Shown piece after piece: positions 42,917-62,489 of a stretch of DNA of 64,000 nt. The stretch's first letter is position 1; each line of letters opens with the position of its first letter. The position numbers were made by a program, and so were the translations under genes. Under the pieces are notes generated by a model. It was not told the DNA's origin. It saw only the letters and a program-made list of their open reading frames with translations, and searched no databases. Location of the stretch: assembly GCA_033442325.1 (NCBI GenBank), contig JAWQFM010000004.1, forward strand, positions 1,998,954-2,062,953, in the 5' to 3' direction. This stretch comes from Salpingoeca rosetta (taxonomy: Eukaryota; Protista; Choanoflagellata).

Positions 42917-45469
42917 TTGCACGTGTGTGTGTGTGTGCACTCGCTTGCTCGTTTTGTGTACGAAGCTGTGAACGTGTCTTCAGCATGCATGTATTGCGGG
43001 GGTTGGAACGACGCAAAGTGCAAGCAATAAACCAACACCAACGCAAAGACAAACCAACAAAACACACCATCAACTTGAAGTCATGTCACATTTCATTCGA
43101 TGATGGTCGGCAGCGTGGCTCTGCACGTGCTGTACTGCATCTCCTTCTTCAGCGCATGCAGCACACCCTCCCGCTGCACGCTGCAGCCACCATTTGAAAA
43201 AAGCGTCGCACATCCACCTCCTCCTCCTCCGCCAGCCACGTAGCAGCTGGAAGTCAAGGTCTGCGCGGTCCAACGTGAGCGCAATCAGCAGGTTCAGCAC
43301 CATGGAGAGGACGCACAGGACGCACAGCAGCCAGCACCACCACTGTAGTCGCCGTCAAAGGTATCCACAGGTCAAAGTCCACCAGCAGCAGCAGCAGCAG
43401 CACGTTGTTGAACACGAGCAGCAAGGCCGTTGCCCGACAATGTGTTGTCGTTGAGCAGCAGCAACAGCCGGAACGACGTCCACCCAGCCAAATTGCTGAT
43501 GCCGAGGACGAGCAGAGCAAGGAAGTGGCGCATGTCGAAGCAGATCGGCCAGGATTATGCCCTGGCTGGAACGGGTGCAGGTGGTACAGCAGAGGAAAGG
43601 AACGTATGTGCGTGGTGGGAAGGGTGCGTGGTGGGAAGGGTGCGTGCTGAGAAGGGTGCGTGCTGGCAAGAGTACGTGCCACGCACCGCAAACACCAGCA
43701 CCACATTCATCACTTCCAACCAACCGAGACTGCCGCACCTCCTGCACCATGTCACAATCAGCCAGCACACCCAGCACCAGCATGATCACCACCGACTCGT
43801 TGTTGTCACCAACTCCCAGCAGCAACTGGGCCGCGTCCTTGCCACTAACGAGGGCGACGGTGAGCATGTACCACGCCGCCTCCCACAGGAACTGCTGCTG
43901 ACGCGAACGATGAAGCTGCCAAACAGCTCCGCATCACCCTTGTCCACCAGTGTCGTCATTCACAAAACCAGGCGCACATGCCAAGTGGCATCACGCGCGC
44001 CCCAGCGTCCTCAGCTCATCAGACAACTTCAGCAGGTTGTGCCAAAACGCGCGGCTGCTCATCTCGCTGATGAATGTCGTGTCTGACTCAGTGAGACAAT
44101 CATGCTCGCTGCTGGTGGTCGAACTGCTTGTCGGCGGTGGACGTCGCAAGCGCAAGCCCACTTGGAAACGTGCACACCAGCAGAATGATGGCTGCCACGA
44201 GTGTGTGCGTCACGCGCAGTGACCAGGGCTTCCCTGCCAGGGCGTGTTGCCCTCCATGATGGCGTCACACCTCGTCCACGATGCACTGCTCTGTGTTGCA
44301 GTCAAGCTAGGGCACACTGGTGGTGCTGAAGATGGCACAGACTGCTGGTGCGTGGCTGACCTTGCTGGCCGGAAACGACAACAGAGGCAGCGGCGTGTCT
44401 GTCCGTGCATCCTGAACGGCGGCGCTAACGGTGGCAGGGAACATGCGCACGGCTCGCTGCAGCTTAGCAACACTGCTCAAGTCAATTGGACACGTGCGAC
44501 TGGGAGCTCAGGGCACAGCCTCGACGTGGCGGGTGACAAGGGGAACGGCTCCAGGCATCGCGCCTTGATGGCCAACAGGGCGGATTGCGACGGCCTTTGT
44601 GTTGGCCATGTTGAAGCTGAGCACACAATACGCAGCCGGCACCGCGAAGCTCGGCCATACAGGAGCACGTGCTTTGCGTCGCGTGCGCAAGTGGCTGATT
44701 CAAAGCTGTACTGGCCGGCGTTGTGCTGTGTGAGGGCTGCCAGCCTCGCATGCTCTACAGCACAACGGCAACACATGTCATGTTCCACTGCTCCAGGATG
44801 GATGCAATCAGGACATGCTCACCATCGCAGGGCTGGTACACACCCCCGCTGTTGCCTCTGATCGATTGTGCTGGCCACCAAACGGGGACTTCAAGGCCAC
44901 ACGACAAGGGCTTGTGCACGTTCCAAACAATTTGCGCCACCGTACCCGGCAGCGAGCACGAGCGCCCTGTTGCAAGAGGGCTGTGTGGATCAGGGACACG
45001 CGCAGCGACGTGGAGGAGGAGGAGGTCAGGCTGAACACCACCCAAAACACAGGCCTCCGGCACAAGCAGGTGCTGCTCTCTGCTCGCAGACACGCTGATG
45101 GTGCCGATGAAGCCATGGCCCTCGCCAAAATGATGCCACAGGCGCACAGGAGAAGGTGACGAAGTGGCGGCTGTTGCGATGGATTGGATCTCCGAGACGT
45201 GGGCGCTGGTGATTTGGAGGATCGCGTGCACTCCGTCGTTGGCGTCGCTGGAGAGGTGGCCACTCGCCACGACCAGTGGATGGCCGCAGCTGCAAAGCCG
45301 CGAAGCCAAAAACGTCAGCGGAGTTGCTCAAAGAGACAACAGCAGCGCACGCGTCGCAGCATCCACCACCTGCACCACACGGCCCAGATGAACCTTGCAG
45401 TGGAGGAGGCGCACGGTCGCGCGCGATAGGTGCATGGCCAGAAAACACCTCCAGCAAGCAGGTTGTCCT

Positions 45470-47885
45470 TGATCATCAGAACGACGTCCGCGGACTCAAT
45501 GTTGATGCCGTCGCCAACTATTGCCACCGCCTCGCCCTTTCGCCTCCATCTCCTGCACGCTGCTGCGAACACGCCGTCGATGCCAATCTCCGCCCCCAAT
45601 GGACCGCGCAGTGCCCTCCCTGTCGCCCGTGAGCATGGCCACGGTCGGGCCGTGCTGGTGTACGCAGCAGGCGCAGCATCTCTCTTCGCCTTTGGGCTTG
45701 CACGTGTCAGCGAGACCTCACATAGCCCAGGCAGAAGGTTGTCGTCTGCCGAGCACGCAACAACCGTGTAGCCACGCGTCTCGTCGTCTTCGTGCATCGT
45801 CTGCCGCTATTTGCCGCTGATGGCGTTGGATTGCCAACACCACAACGTGCATGGCAATGGCAATGGGCATGCCAATGACAATGGGCATGCTGTCTACGGT
45901 TGCTGAGATGCCCCGACCAGAAAATGTCTTGAAGTCTGTCGCGAGAGACAGCGCCGCCGTGCGCCACAATCGCCTGGCCCAGGGCATGTTCGCTGTCTGC
46001 CTCTGCAGCCGTCACCAGCTTCGACGGGGTGCCGTCCTCCGTCTACGTGTCGTCATCACCGAGCACGCGCGCGAGTTTTGGCGATCCAACCGTCAGCGTG
46101 CGCGTCTTGTCAAACACGGCCTGTGAGGAGGGGGAGTTGAGTGGGTGTGTGAGAGAGAGTGTGTGTATGTGTGTGTGTGAAGGTGAGCGTGGGCATGGAG
46201 GTGTGAGTGAGTGTGTGTGTGAGTGTTCTCTAACCACGACACGCGAGCACCAGTACGAAGCACCACACACACGCACACACACACCGAACGTGGGCTCCAA
46301 TGTGTCAGCGACACCCGAGGTTAGCAGCGCAACCGACACACCAACAGCAGCACGATGCCTGACACAAAGCGCGCCGCCAGCTTGTCTGGGAAAGAACACG
46401 GACGGAAAGGAAAGGAGAGATTGTGCGGGTATGTGTGTGAGTGGGAATGTCTGCAGAAACATTGACAGGCACGTGTGAAACGGTGGTGTAGCGTGTCGTA
46501 TCCCGTACACACACACACACACACACCCATGCTGGATGGGCGCCTTTGACAGCTGTGCATTCTCGTTGTCAACATGCGTGGCCTCAAAGACCATTTACCA
46601 TGGTGCCGCCCATATGACAATGTCATCAACGCCTTTGGAGACGAGACAGGATTTGATTCGCCCCGTGATCATGGCCTCGTCCATTTGACCTGCACCCTCC
46701 AGCACGCGTGCATCTAATCCACAGGCACTTTGTCACCAGCAACCATCTGCCACCACCTGCAACCAAGAACGTGCGGAAGGGTGAGCGAGATGCAACGACA
46801 GTGCATTATCTGGCGGCTGCCACAATCTCAGCTGAGGGTTGCAACAACTGCCACATTGCTGCTGCTGCACCCACAACCAACCACCCGCCCATCACCCGCC
46901 ACCACATGTTACGCACCACCACTAGCTCCAACTCCCAAACCCCTCATCACGCACCTGCAGTTTGTCGCCGCGCTGCACGAGCTCGATGTCAATCCGCTCC
47001 TCCACGCGGTTGCATTGACTATATCTTCCTTCAGCAGGCTGGAGGTGTTGCCTTTGGCGAGGTGTTCGATGTACCGCCCGGGCGACACAAAGGTGAAGAG
47101 GGAAAATGCCGGTCTCCAAAGAAGAGGTCGCCACCACCACCACCAGTCAGAGTACTCGTGGGAGGCCGGTGCAACAATGAGGACGACCAGGGAGCACAGG
47201 TACGCAGCCCTGAGGTGGAATTGCACCAACGCAAGCGCAAGTGTGGGTGGATCAGCAACACGTGTGCACGCATGCAAACGTGAGCAAAGAAGGCACGTAC
47301 AGCGCTCTCTCATTCACTGCAGTGGTGGATGTGAAGAGAAAACGCGAAAGTGGTCGCAACACATCACACACACACACACATGCACACACACAGACACACA
47401 CACACACGCACACACACATACCACATTCATGTTGACAGCGCCGTGCATGGTGGACTGCGCCGCGGAGACGAGAAACGGCCGACCGGGAAATGAAGGAGAT
47501 CAGGCCCAGCAGCGTGAGAATGAGGATATGCGTTGCGACATGCCGTCGATCATGCGCGCATCCCAGGAGTCCGGCCGCACGCAGCCACGATGATGGACGC
47601 GACGAAGAAACACGGTGGCACACACGATGAAGGTGATGGGGCAGAAGCGGATCTCGCTCCTGTGGGTGGTGATTCGTGTTCCAGCTCCGCCGCGTACCCC
47701 AGCATCCTTCAGCGCGCTGCGGTCACAAATGGGTGTTGTGTGAAGTGCATGACACAAGGCATTCTTGTGAGCAAGTGGTGGTGGCAAGAAGGCGTTGCAG
47801 CAAGGACAGACACAGAGTCAGTTGGAGGGATTCGGTTGGAGGGGAGCAGAGAAGAAGCAAGACGAAGCGACATGTACAAGTGCAA

Positions 47886-47918
<33 letters not shown>

Positions 47919-48370
47919 ATTATGTTGCGTGGCCCCGTTGCATAGGTCTCGTGCTTGACTTCCACATGGCACGACGCACCATCAACATGCACCATTTGAA
48001 CACCAGGCAGGGTCCTCAGCGTCGCCTGTCGTGCGTGTCCAACAACAACGACAGCGGCAGCAGGAGGGTGAGACGTTGAAGTGGAAAGCAGACATGCGTG
48101 CATACAAGCCACCGTGCGTGCATGCAAGCAAAAGAGACAAGCAGAGATGCAGTGCTGCACACATCACATACCTCATGCTGACGTACGTGGTGTCTTTTTG
48201 ATGTGTGCGTTTCCTCGCGGGCCTTTGTATCCGCCGACCTTGCCGATGCTGGCGATGATGCCTGCAGGGCTTCACCGGCGCGGTGCCAGCGAGCAGGCTC
48301 ACACGGCACAATGCTGTGCACACCGGGGCACGCACGAAGCGCACGACATGCCTGTAGTGCAGCGCAACGG
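45470..48370 (-). pseudogene. Decayed P1B copper-transporting ATPase (ATP7/CCC2-like)
   Basis: Ordered fragments: HMA-like LRTLPGVQMVHVD, GRYIEHLAKG, IDIELVQRGD, MDEAMITG, SKAPIQ, VFDKTRTLTVG (DKTGT mutated), AEADSEHALGQAIV, GRGISATVD and IVGDGIN. Many stops and frameshifts. Confidence 0.8.
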
Positions 48371-48446
48371 TAGATGCAGTGTGTACCAGCGAGAATTATG
48401 TGTGGAAGTGAGGAGGTGCCGAAGTGAGGGGGCACCCCACGACACG

Positions 48447-48507
<61 letters not shown>

Positions 48508-48519
48508 AGACACACAGGC

Positions 48520-48561
<42 letters not shown>

Positions 48562-50256
48562 AATGCACACGCAAGCGCATGCACGCACCCCAGAGGCATG
48601 GGAAGCTGCTGCTGTGCTGGGGTGGGGTGATGGCTTCCGAAGAGTGTCGGCAACAGCATCTTGGTGGTTGTCGGAGGGCGCCGATTCCCCGTTCTCAGGT
48701 GTGCTCGAAACTGAAGCGGAGGTCGTGCATGCCTCGTCAACCAGCCTGCTGCTCTTCACGCTGCTGTGGCAGTGAGACGATTTCAACGGAGTACCCGTCC
48801 GTCGCGTGCAATGTCTGCCAGCTCGCCTGACGACACCTCTGCAAGATGTTCGACAGCAACCGTTTTGTGTTCGATCATGGGTGTGGTCTTGATCACCGTT
48901 GGCCCGACACACTGCTGCTGTCGCATACGATGGCCGCCTTGCCCTGGGCACACAATCCACATGCCACGGTGGACTTTGCCTGAGGAGACGCCATGGCTGT
49001 TGTTGTTGTGGTGGTGGTGGTGGAGTCGAGTGGCCACATGCAGCAGCAGCAGCAGGTTCACGTTGTTCTTCTGCTCCTCCATCCACCGTCTGGCAGCTGG
49101 CTCACACTCAACATCACGCATGCTTGCACCTGTCCTGGTGAAGGAGGAGCACGCCGTGTTAGTGGAGAGGAGGCGTTGCGCATGCATGCTGGTGCCAACC
49201 AGACGGAGGGAGGAAGGGCACACACTCCTCATGATACCGGCAGTGGTGGCTGGGGAGTGTCTGGGACAGAGAGGGACCGCTGCATCACACACGTACATCA
49301 GGTGCACCTGTGTGCGTCCTTGGCTGTGGGGACACTGCGTTCACAGGGGAAAGAGGCAGGGTGGACAAGATGGTGGTGGGAGGAGGAGGAGAGCGTCACG
49401 ATGTCAGACATGATGTCAGAAGCGAGAGGAGGAAAGGTGCACCAGCACAAGCTGGGGGTGATGGAAGAGAGGAAGACGGACATGAGCACGTGTCATATGA
49501 AGCAATGTGTGGAGTATGTGTGCGTATGTGTTTACGTGTGTTGCGCAGATAAGGCTGAGCAATGCAATGCAACGAAATGGAGTGATCTCACACTCACCTT
49601 TGTGTGAGCAGTGCATTCTTCAGTCACGATGCCTGTCTCCTTGACATGAGGTCAATTCACGCCCTCCTTTTGCACTGCGTGATGAAGCTGTGGTGGGGGT
49701 GCAGCACAGCAAGACACCGACATCGCGTGCCGTGTGTGCTCTGTCCTTGTTGGTGCAGTGATGAGCTGATGAAGGCAAGGAAGGATGTTGGATGGAAGGC
49801 TGTCTCAAGGGATGGATGCGTTTCAACGTGCTGCCTTCCACAACACTTTTCTATCTATCTAAGCGGCGCCTGCTCTCACACACATTCGCCCATGCACACC
49901 GCTGCCCTCTGTTTTACCCCTTCCCCATCTCTGAGCGCTGGGAACAGTGTAAGATTTCAGCGAGTTTTCCAATAAAAAGACAACAAACACAACACACCAC
50001 AACAGCGAACTTGCTTGTTGTGTGTGGCTGGAAATCCAATGCACGATTCCCAACAATCGTCCACAACCACAACCAGCCAAAACGCCACAAACAATCCACC
50101 AATCCTGTCTTCTCTTCTCTTCTTCTCTTGGTGCTGCGCCTGCCCTGCAAACAGACACACGCGAACGAGGAAGGAGGGAGGCACACTTCTCTTCTCCTTC
50201 TCTCCTTCTTCTCCTCTCCTCTTCTCTCCTTGTCTTCTCTCTTCTTCTCTGCTTGT

Positions 50257-51489
50257 ATGGTGAGAACGACGGGGTGCCTGCAGGCACGTGGGATGTTGCT
50301 GCTTCCCGTGCTGGTGGCGGTTGCAGTGTGCTGGATGCCGTTCATCAGCAGCGTTGTTGGAGAGGTGACGCTGTTGGAGGATGATGCGGGCGCGCTTCAC
50401 ATCAACACGAGCGACCCCATGAGCCAGCCCGTGTTTGTGAACGGGGTGAACGTGCACGACACGCTCAGCATGTTGATGAGCACCGTGTCGGCGCAGCAGA
50501 GCACAATCGATCGCGTCTATGGAAAAGTGTGCACCCCGAGTGCCAGAACGTTCGGCAAACTTGAGACGTCAGGAAACAAATGGATTGGCGGGGTACTGGC
50601 CAACAACGGCCTAATCTATGCTGTGCCATTCTTCGCGTCCTCCGTGCTCATCATTGACCCCAGCTCTAACACCGTCGACACGACCACTATCGCTGAGTTT
50701 GCTAGAGGCGGAGGCAAATGGGCCGGTGCAGCTTTGTCACACAACGGTCTCATCTACATGTTCCCGTCAAACACGCAGGCGATCCTCACCATCGACCCAG
50801 TCACCAACACAGTTGACACCACGACGTTGGATGATTTGCCACCTTCCAGAAACAAATGGTACAGCGGATTGGCAGCAAACAATGGCCTCATCTTCGGCAT
50901 TCCTTTGTACTCCACATCTGTGTTGATTGTGGATGCGATGACCAACACCACCGACATCACCACGTTGTCAGGGCTTTCCTCGGAGGGTAACAAATGGTAC
51001 GGTGGCGTCCAGGCAGACAACGGCTTCATCTACTGCATTCCGTTGCGGGAAACATCGGTCCTCATCATCAACCCTGTCTCTCTCACGATGGACCTCACGA
51101 CCCTCTTCGGCTTGGACTCGGGCGCTGTTTGGCATGGGGCTGTCCTTGCGAACAATGGTCTCATTTACACTTTCCCTGGTTTTACAAAGAAGGCGCTCGT
51201 CATTGATCCAGCCTCAAACACAATCAGCCCCCTGGTTGTGGCCAGCCCAACTTCTTCAGTCAAGTGGCTTGGTGGCGTGCTCGCACCCAATGGCAACATC
51301 ATTGGCATTCCATTTGGCTCACCAAATGTCTTCATCTTCGATCCAACTACCAACACCACTGACACAACAAGCATCGGTGGACTTGCTGGTACCCAAAAGT
51401 GGTATGATGGCGTGCTCGCACCAAACGGCCTCATCTATGGCATCCCAGACTTCGCAGATACCGTCCTTGTCATCGACCCTGGCTGCTAA
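50257..51489 (+). CDS. Intronless secreted beta-propeller-like repeat protein (410 aa)
   Basis: Signal-peptide-like LLLPVLVAVAVCW, then about 6-7 copies of a roughly 46-aa unit KWxGGVLAxNGLIYxIPxxxxSVLIIDPxTNTxDTT. Confidence 0.85.
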   Translation: MVRTTGCLQARGMLLLPVLVAVAVCWMPFISSVVGEVTLLEDDAGALHINTSDPMSQPVFVNGVNVHDTLSMLMSTVSAQQSTIDRVYGKVCTPSARTFGKLETSGNKWIGGVLANNGLIYAVPFFASSVLIIDPSSNTVDTTTIAEFARGGGKWAGAALSHNGLIYMFPSNTQAILTIDPVTNTVDTTTLDDLPPSRNKWYSGLAANNGLIFGIPLYSTSVLIVDAMTNTTDITTLSGLSSEGNKWYGGVQADNGFIYCIPLRETSVLIINPVSLTMDLTTLFGLDSGAVWHGAVLANNGLIYTFPGFTKKALVIDPASNTISPLVVASPTSSVKWLGGVLAPNGNIIGIPFGSPNVFIFDPTTNTTDTTSIGGLAGTQKWYDGVLAPNGLIYGIPDFADTVLVIDPGC

Positions 51490-51710
51490 TTGCGTCTGTA
51501 TGTCATCACACTAACCCTCCCCCTCCCTCTCTTCGTGTGCGTGCGTTTGTGCGTGCACCAACACCTTATCCCCGAACTACACAATGCATTAGTTTAGCCT
51601 TCCCCACTTCAAACTAAAACGTTCTCCTGCTTCTGTATTGCTCGCTCAACGTCTTTATGCGCATACACGCACACACACGCACATTATGCATAACATGTGC
51701 ACGCATGTGT

Positions 51711-58110
<6,400 letters not shown>

Positions 58111-58407
58111 GGCTCACGCGCGTGGTGGCTGCCGCCTGTGCCGTGATGTGGCTGTTGATGCGGTAGTGTCGTGTGTGTGTGTGCGACTCTTCAACCAACC
58201 AGACAGCTTGCTTGCTTGCTTGCTTTCTGCTGTGTGTCTTGGCTGCTGTCTTGTCTTCGATTTCTGCTGACTCAGCACATTTCCTCAACTTGCACGACAC
58301 ACGACCACTACAGCACACAACCACTTGTCACTGCTGCAACTCAACAGAAGCACAAGCACCCCTTCACCCCTTCACAACAACAACCAGCGCACACGAGCAC
58401 AACAAAC

Positions 58408-59525
58408 ATGTCGCTGCCCTGTGACGACTTTGCCGAGTTCAAGCGGCTCCTGCTGGAGATGCGGGACACGGACGACAAGATTATCTACAAGATGAACACC
58501 ATCATCCCGACAAAGTCCAACGTCGACCACCTCGACGCCACCTCAAACTGCGCAGCCCTCTACCACGAGGTATGCGTTTGTGCGTGCGGTGTGTGTGTTT
58601 GCGGGTGCGCGCGTGTGCGTGTGTAAAAGCGTGTGTGTGTGTGTTTGCGGGTGCGTGTATGCGTTGTGTGTGCGTGCGGGTGCGCGTGTGCACAGACACG
58701 TGACTGTTCGTAGCTCACGCGACATTGTGCTGTGTGCAGTTGAACAGTGCGCACATGCAGCGGCGACAGAGCATGGAGCGCTGCTTGACACAGGTGCAGC
58801 AGGAGATTCGCGACCTCAAGACACAGCTGGTAAGTACATTGTGTGTGTACGTGCGTACCTGCTTGCATGCGAGTTCCGCCCTTTTCACCGCTATCCCCTG
58901 TCACTGCTTTGCCTTTGCGTCGCTCACGTTCCACGACATGTGCCACGCCACACCCGTTTGTGCAATGCAGAACGTCGGTGACAGGGACATGCGTGCAGAA
59001 CAGGGCAAGGTAACAACACAACATGCGGTGCAAGGCGCTTCCCTTCTTCCACCTCCGCCTGTACTTGTTGCTCCACACACACACGAACTCACTGACTGAC
59101 TGACTGACTCACACACACACACGCACACACATACACTCACACACGCATACACACACGCACACACACGCACACGCACACTCATACACACACGCATACGCAC
59201 ACAGGGCAAGACGAGCTTGGAGGGCCAGGCGCTGCGGGAGAAGCAGGCGTTGAGCCGTCAAATCCGGCGCGAACTCGTGGCCGAGGACATTCTGCAGGAG
59301 CAAACAAAGAAGGTGCGCAGCACAGCCACTCACCTGCTCACAGCATGCAAAAGTCTCCATGCGCTTGCCTCCCTGCACTCCCCCCAATACTCCCTCGCCT
59401 CCCTCGCCACAGTGCAAGGCACAACGTACAGCCTCACCACAACTACCCTTCAACCTCAACCCCCCTTTCCCTCACAGGTGTTCAAGGACAGGTGCGGGCG
59501 GTACTACAACCCAAAGGCACAGTAG
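58408..59525 (+). CDS. CCDC58: CCDC58/MIX23 (Cid2 family) mitochondrial intermembrane protein, 5 exons
   Basis: CDDFAEFKRLLLEMRDTDDKIIYKMNTIIPT...C..LY, R...MERC, ELVAEDILQEQTKK|VFKDRC. Phase-0 GT-AG introns. Confidence 0.88.
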
Positions 59526-60090
59526 GAATGACAACCGAATCACGGCCACACCGCACCCTCCCTCCGCCTCTATGCTGCCATCTCTCTCTCTCTCTCTCTC
59601 TCTTTCTTTTTCTTCCATGTAGGCTTGTTGCATCTGCCAACGACACGTGTGTCCACACGACTCAACCATACAACACCTTTCTCTTTTGACCGCTGCTTTC
59701 CATCATGTCTGTTCGTTCGTTCATTTGTTGTTTCCCGTCACCAATTAAACACCGGTTCATGTACTCGTCTCGCAACGACACCACATACACACGTACATGA
59801 GCGCAAGCTTGCGTGCACTGGTTGCCGTTCATTCGATTGGGTGGGGTGTTGGTTAACAAGGAAGGAAAGCAAGCAGTGTGGAAGGACGGGTGCGTGTGTG
59901 TCTGTGAAGTACGGTCGCAGCACGGTAGCAAGGCGCATACAGCCACACATACAGCCACACATACACACAGCCACACATACAGACAGCCACACATACAGCC
60001 ACACATGCATACACAACACAGGCACACACACACACACACACAACAGAGGCACGTCTCAACCACGCAGCAGCCAGCAGCACGTGGAGGCCT

Positions 60091-60502
60091 TTAGAAGGAG
60101 TTGACAGGGTCCTCGGCGGTCTTGCCAAGCTGCACCTCCTTGACCTCAAAGCTGACAGGGGGCAGGGAGCGGAACACCTTGGCGTGCAGGTGCGAGTCGC
60201 CAACGTTCACCTTGATGAAAAAGTGGGTGCCAGCAACAACCTGCGTGTACATGTGTGTGCGTGTGTGTGTGTAAATGTGTGTGTGTGTGTGTGTGCGTGC
60301 GTGCGTGTGTGTGCGTGCAAGTCACTGTGAGCGCAAGACACTGAGCTGTTGTTCTGAATGCTGGCAAAACCAACTCCCAAACACACGCTGCTGGCATGCA
60401 CGTCGTTCCCTGACCTGAGTGGCGTAGGAGACAGGCTCAAAGGTCTCAAACTGCTTGCCAGCCTTGGCCTCAATGTCACCGCGCACCTGCCAACGGAACA
60501 AG

Positions 60503-60556
<54 letters not shown>

Positions 60557-60750
60557 CGTGCGTGTGTGAAACCACAGCCTGTAATGCGGTGCAAGCAAGC
60601 GAGCAAGCGAAGAACGAACAGCGCTCGTGTTTGCCGTTACCACCACACACGCACACACACACGCACACACACACACACCTGGGACACGACGCTGCGGAGC
60701 TCGTCATCGACGGGACGGGCCTGGCCAACACCACCAACCATGGTCGACAT
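60091..60750 (-). CDS. CSTB: Stefin-type (type 1) cystatin, 3 exons
   Basis: MVGG...VVSQ|VRGDIEAKAG..FEPVSYATQ|VVAGTHFFIKV...HAKVFRSLP...KTAEDPVNSF*, containing the QVVAG motif. Confidence 0.93.
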
Positions 60751-61179
60751 TGTTGTTCTGGGTCTTGAAGTGGAGTTGAAGTTGAAGGGGAGGAAGAAGC
60801 GACAAACGTAGCGGATGACTGGATGTGCAAAATAAGCCTGAAAAAGAATGGTCAAAGGGCGAAGATGTTCGTGAGGGAGCGAGTGCGATATCAGTGCGTG
60901 TCTGAAAGCAATGATGCAGTGTTGATGATTGTGTAAATGAACCAGGCAACACACAACCACAACCACAACCGCAACAACAACTGCAACCACAACAACAACC
61001 ACAGGTGTGATCACAAGTCCAAGACATAAACACTGCCACTGGCTCGATCGTCGACAGCGGCGATGATGACGCACCGATTCGTGAAAATGAACCATTTCCT
61101 CCATTTTAGCATAATAAGCTGAATTCAGTTCTATCATAACAAGTACTGAATTCAGGCGCAGTGGGGGGAAACGGCGGCG

Positions 61180-62455
61180 ATGGAGGACGATGACGACCTG
61201 CTGGCGGAGCTTGAGGCTGAGTTGGCAGACCTCGGCGATGATGATGATGGTGGTGAAGACGATAACGATGAACACGTTGGTGGTGACGCTGGTGGTGTAG
61301 ATGAAGGGAAGGAGTTGGAAAGCCATGCGGAGGAAGGCAAAAGGGCTGGAAACAGCAACAACAGCACAGCGGGCAGAACAGCGGGCAGCAGTACCCAGTC
61401 CGGGTTGTCCACGGAGGACTTTGCAGCACTGCAGGTTCGAGCACAGAACGGATGTGCGAATGTGTCTGTGTATGTGTCTGTGTATGTGTTTGTGCGTGCA
61501 AATGTGTGTGTGTGTGTTTATGTGTGTATGTGTGTGTGTGTTAGTGTGTGTGTGTGTTAGTGTGTTGAGATCTGTGCTCGTACGTGCACTGTCCCTGACA
61601 CTGCTTTCGTTTTGTTTCCCTCAACACTTGCAATGGTTTGCACAGGCACAGCTTGTGGAGCTCAAGACTCAGCTGTACGATTCGCAAGGGCGAGAGAAGG
61701 CACTGCGAAAGAAGGTGCATTGTGCGTGTTTGCCTCGATGTTTCCCTTCTTACTCCTCTGCACCTTACCCCCCCCCGGCCCTTGTGTTGCTGGTGCGTTC
61801 CCTATCGACTGTTGTCCCATCCAACTCATTCCCACCATGCACACGCTCGCGACACAGTACAAAGCGCTGAGCAAAGCGACTGCGGCCTCGAGCGGCGGCG
61901 GGTCAAGCGGATCCACATCATCGCGGTCCGCAGCAAAGAAGTTCTTCAGCGGTGCGTGGCGTGCTTCTCATGCGCGCGACTCAGTCGCACACACAAGCAC
62001 ACACACACACATACACACCCTCATGCACTGGTTGAATGCTCTTGTAGATGTGTTCAAGCGAAACAAAGGCGACACACAGCAGCAATCAGAACAACAGCAA
62101 GAACAGCAAGAACAACAACAACAGGACAGGAGCGATGACTCTGCCAAAGATGGCAGGCAGCGGTCATCATCATCAGCGAAGAAGGCAAAGCAGCAGCACG
62201 ACGACACGCTCGTCCGGCAGGTGAGGGGAGGAGGGGTGGGTGATTGGATGTGAGGTGAGAATTGTGGGTGATGAAAGCGTACGTTGATCCCGCCATTTAC
62301 ACGCACACACACACACGCACATGCTCACACGCTCACGCACATACACACACGCACGCCCACGCGGCTGCAGACGGCTGAGATTAAGGAGTTGAAGCAGACA
62401 ATCTCCAACTTGGAGGCTGAAATAGCGCTCCACCGCGAAACAAAGGACGAGGTGG

Positions 62456-62489
<34 letters not shown>

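Noticed and set aside
43605-43665. Short direct repeats (also 59935-60005) as a CRISPR-like array
   Set aside because: Simple tandem minisatellites without unique spacers, and no cas genes.
43000-45450. Coding-like degenerate sequence between the kinase and ATPase pseudogenes
   Set aside because: Probably decayed genes, but no family could be recognised.
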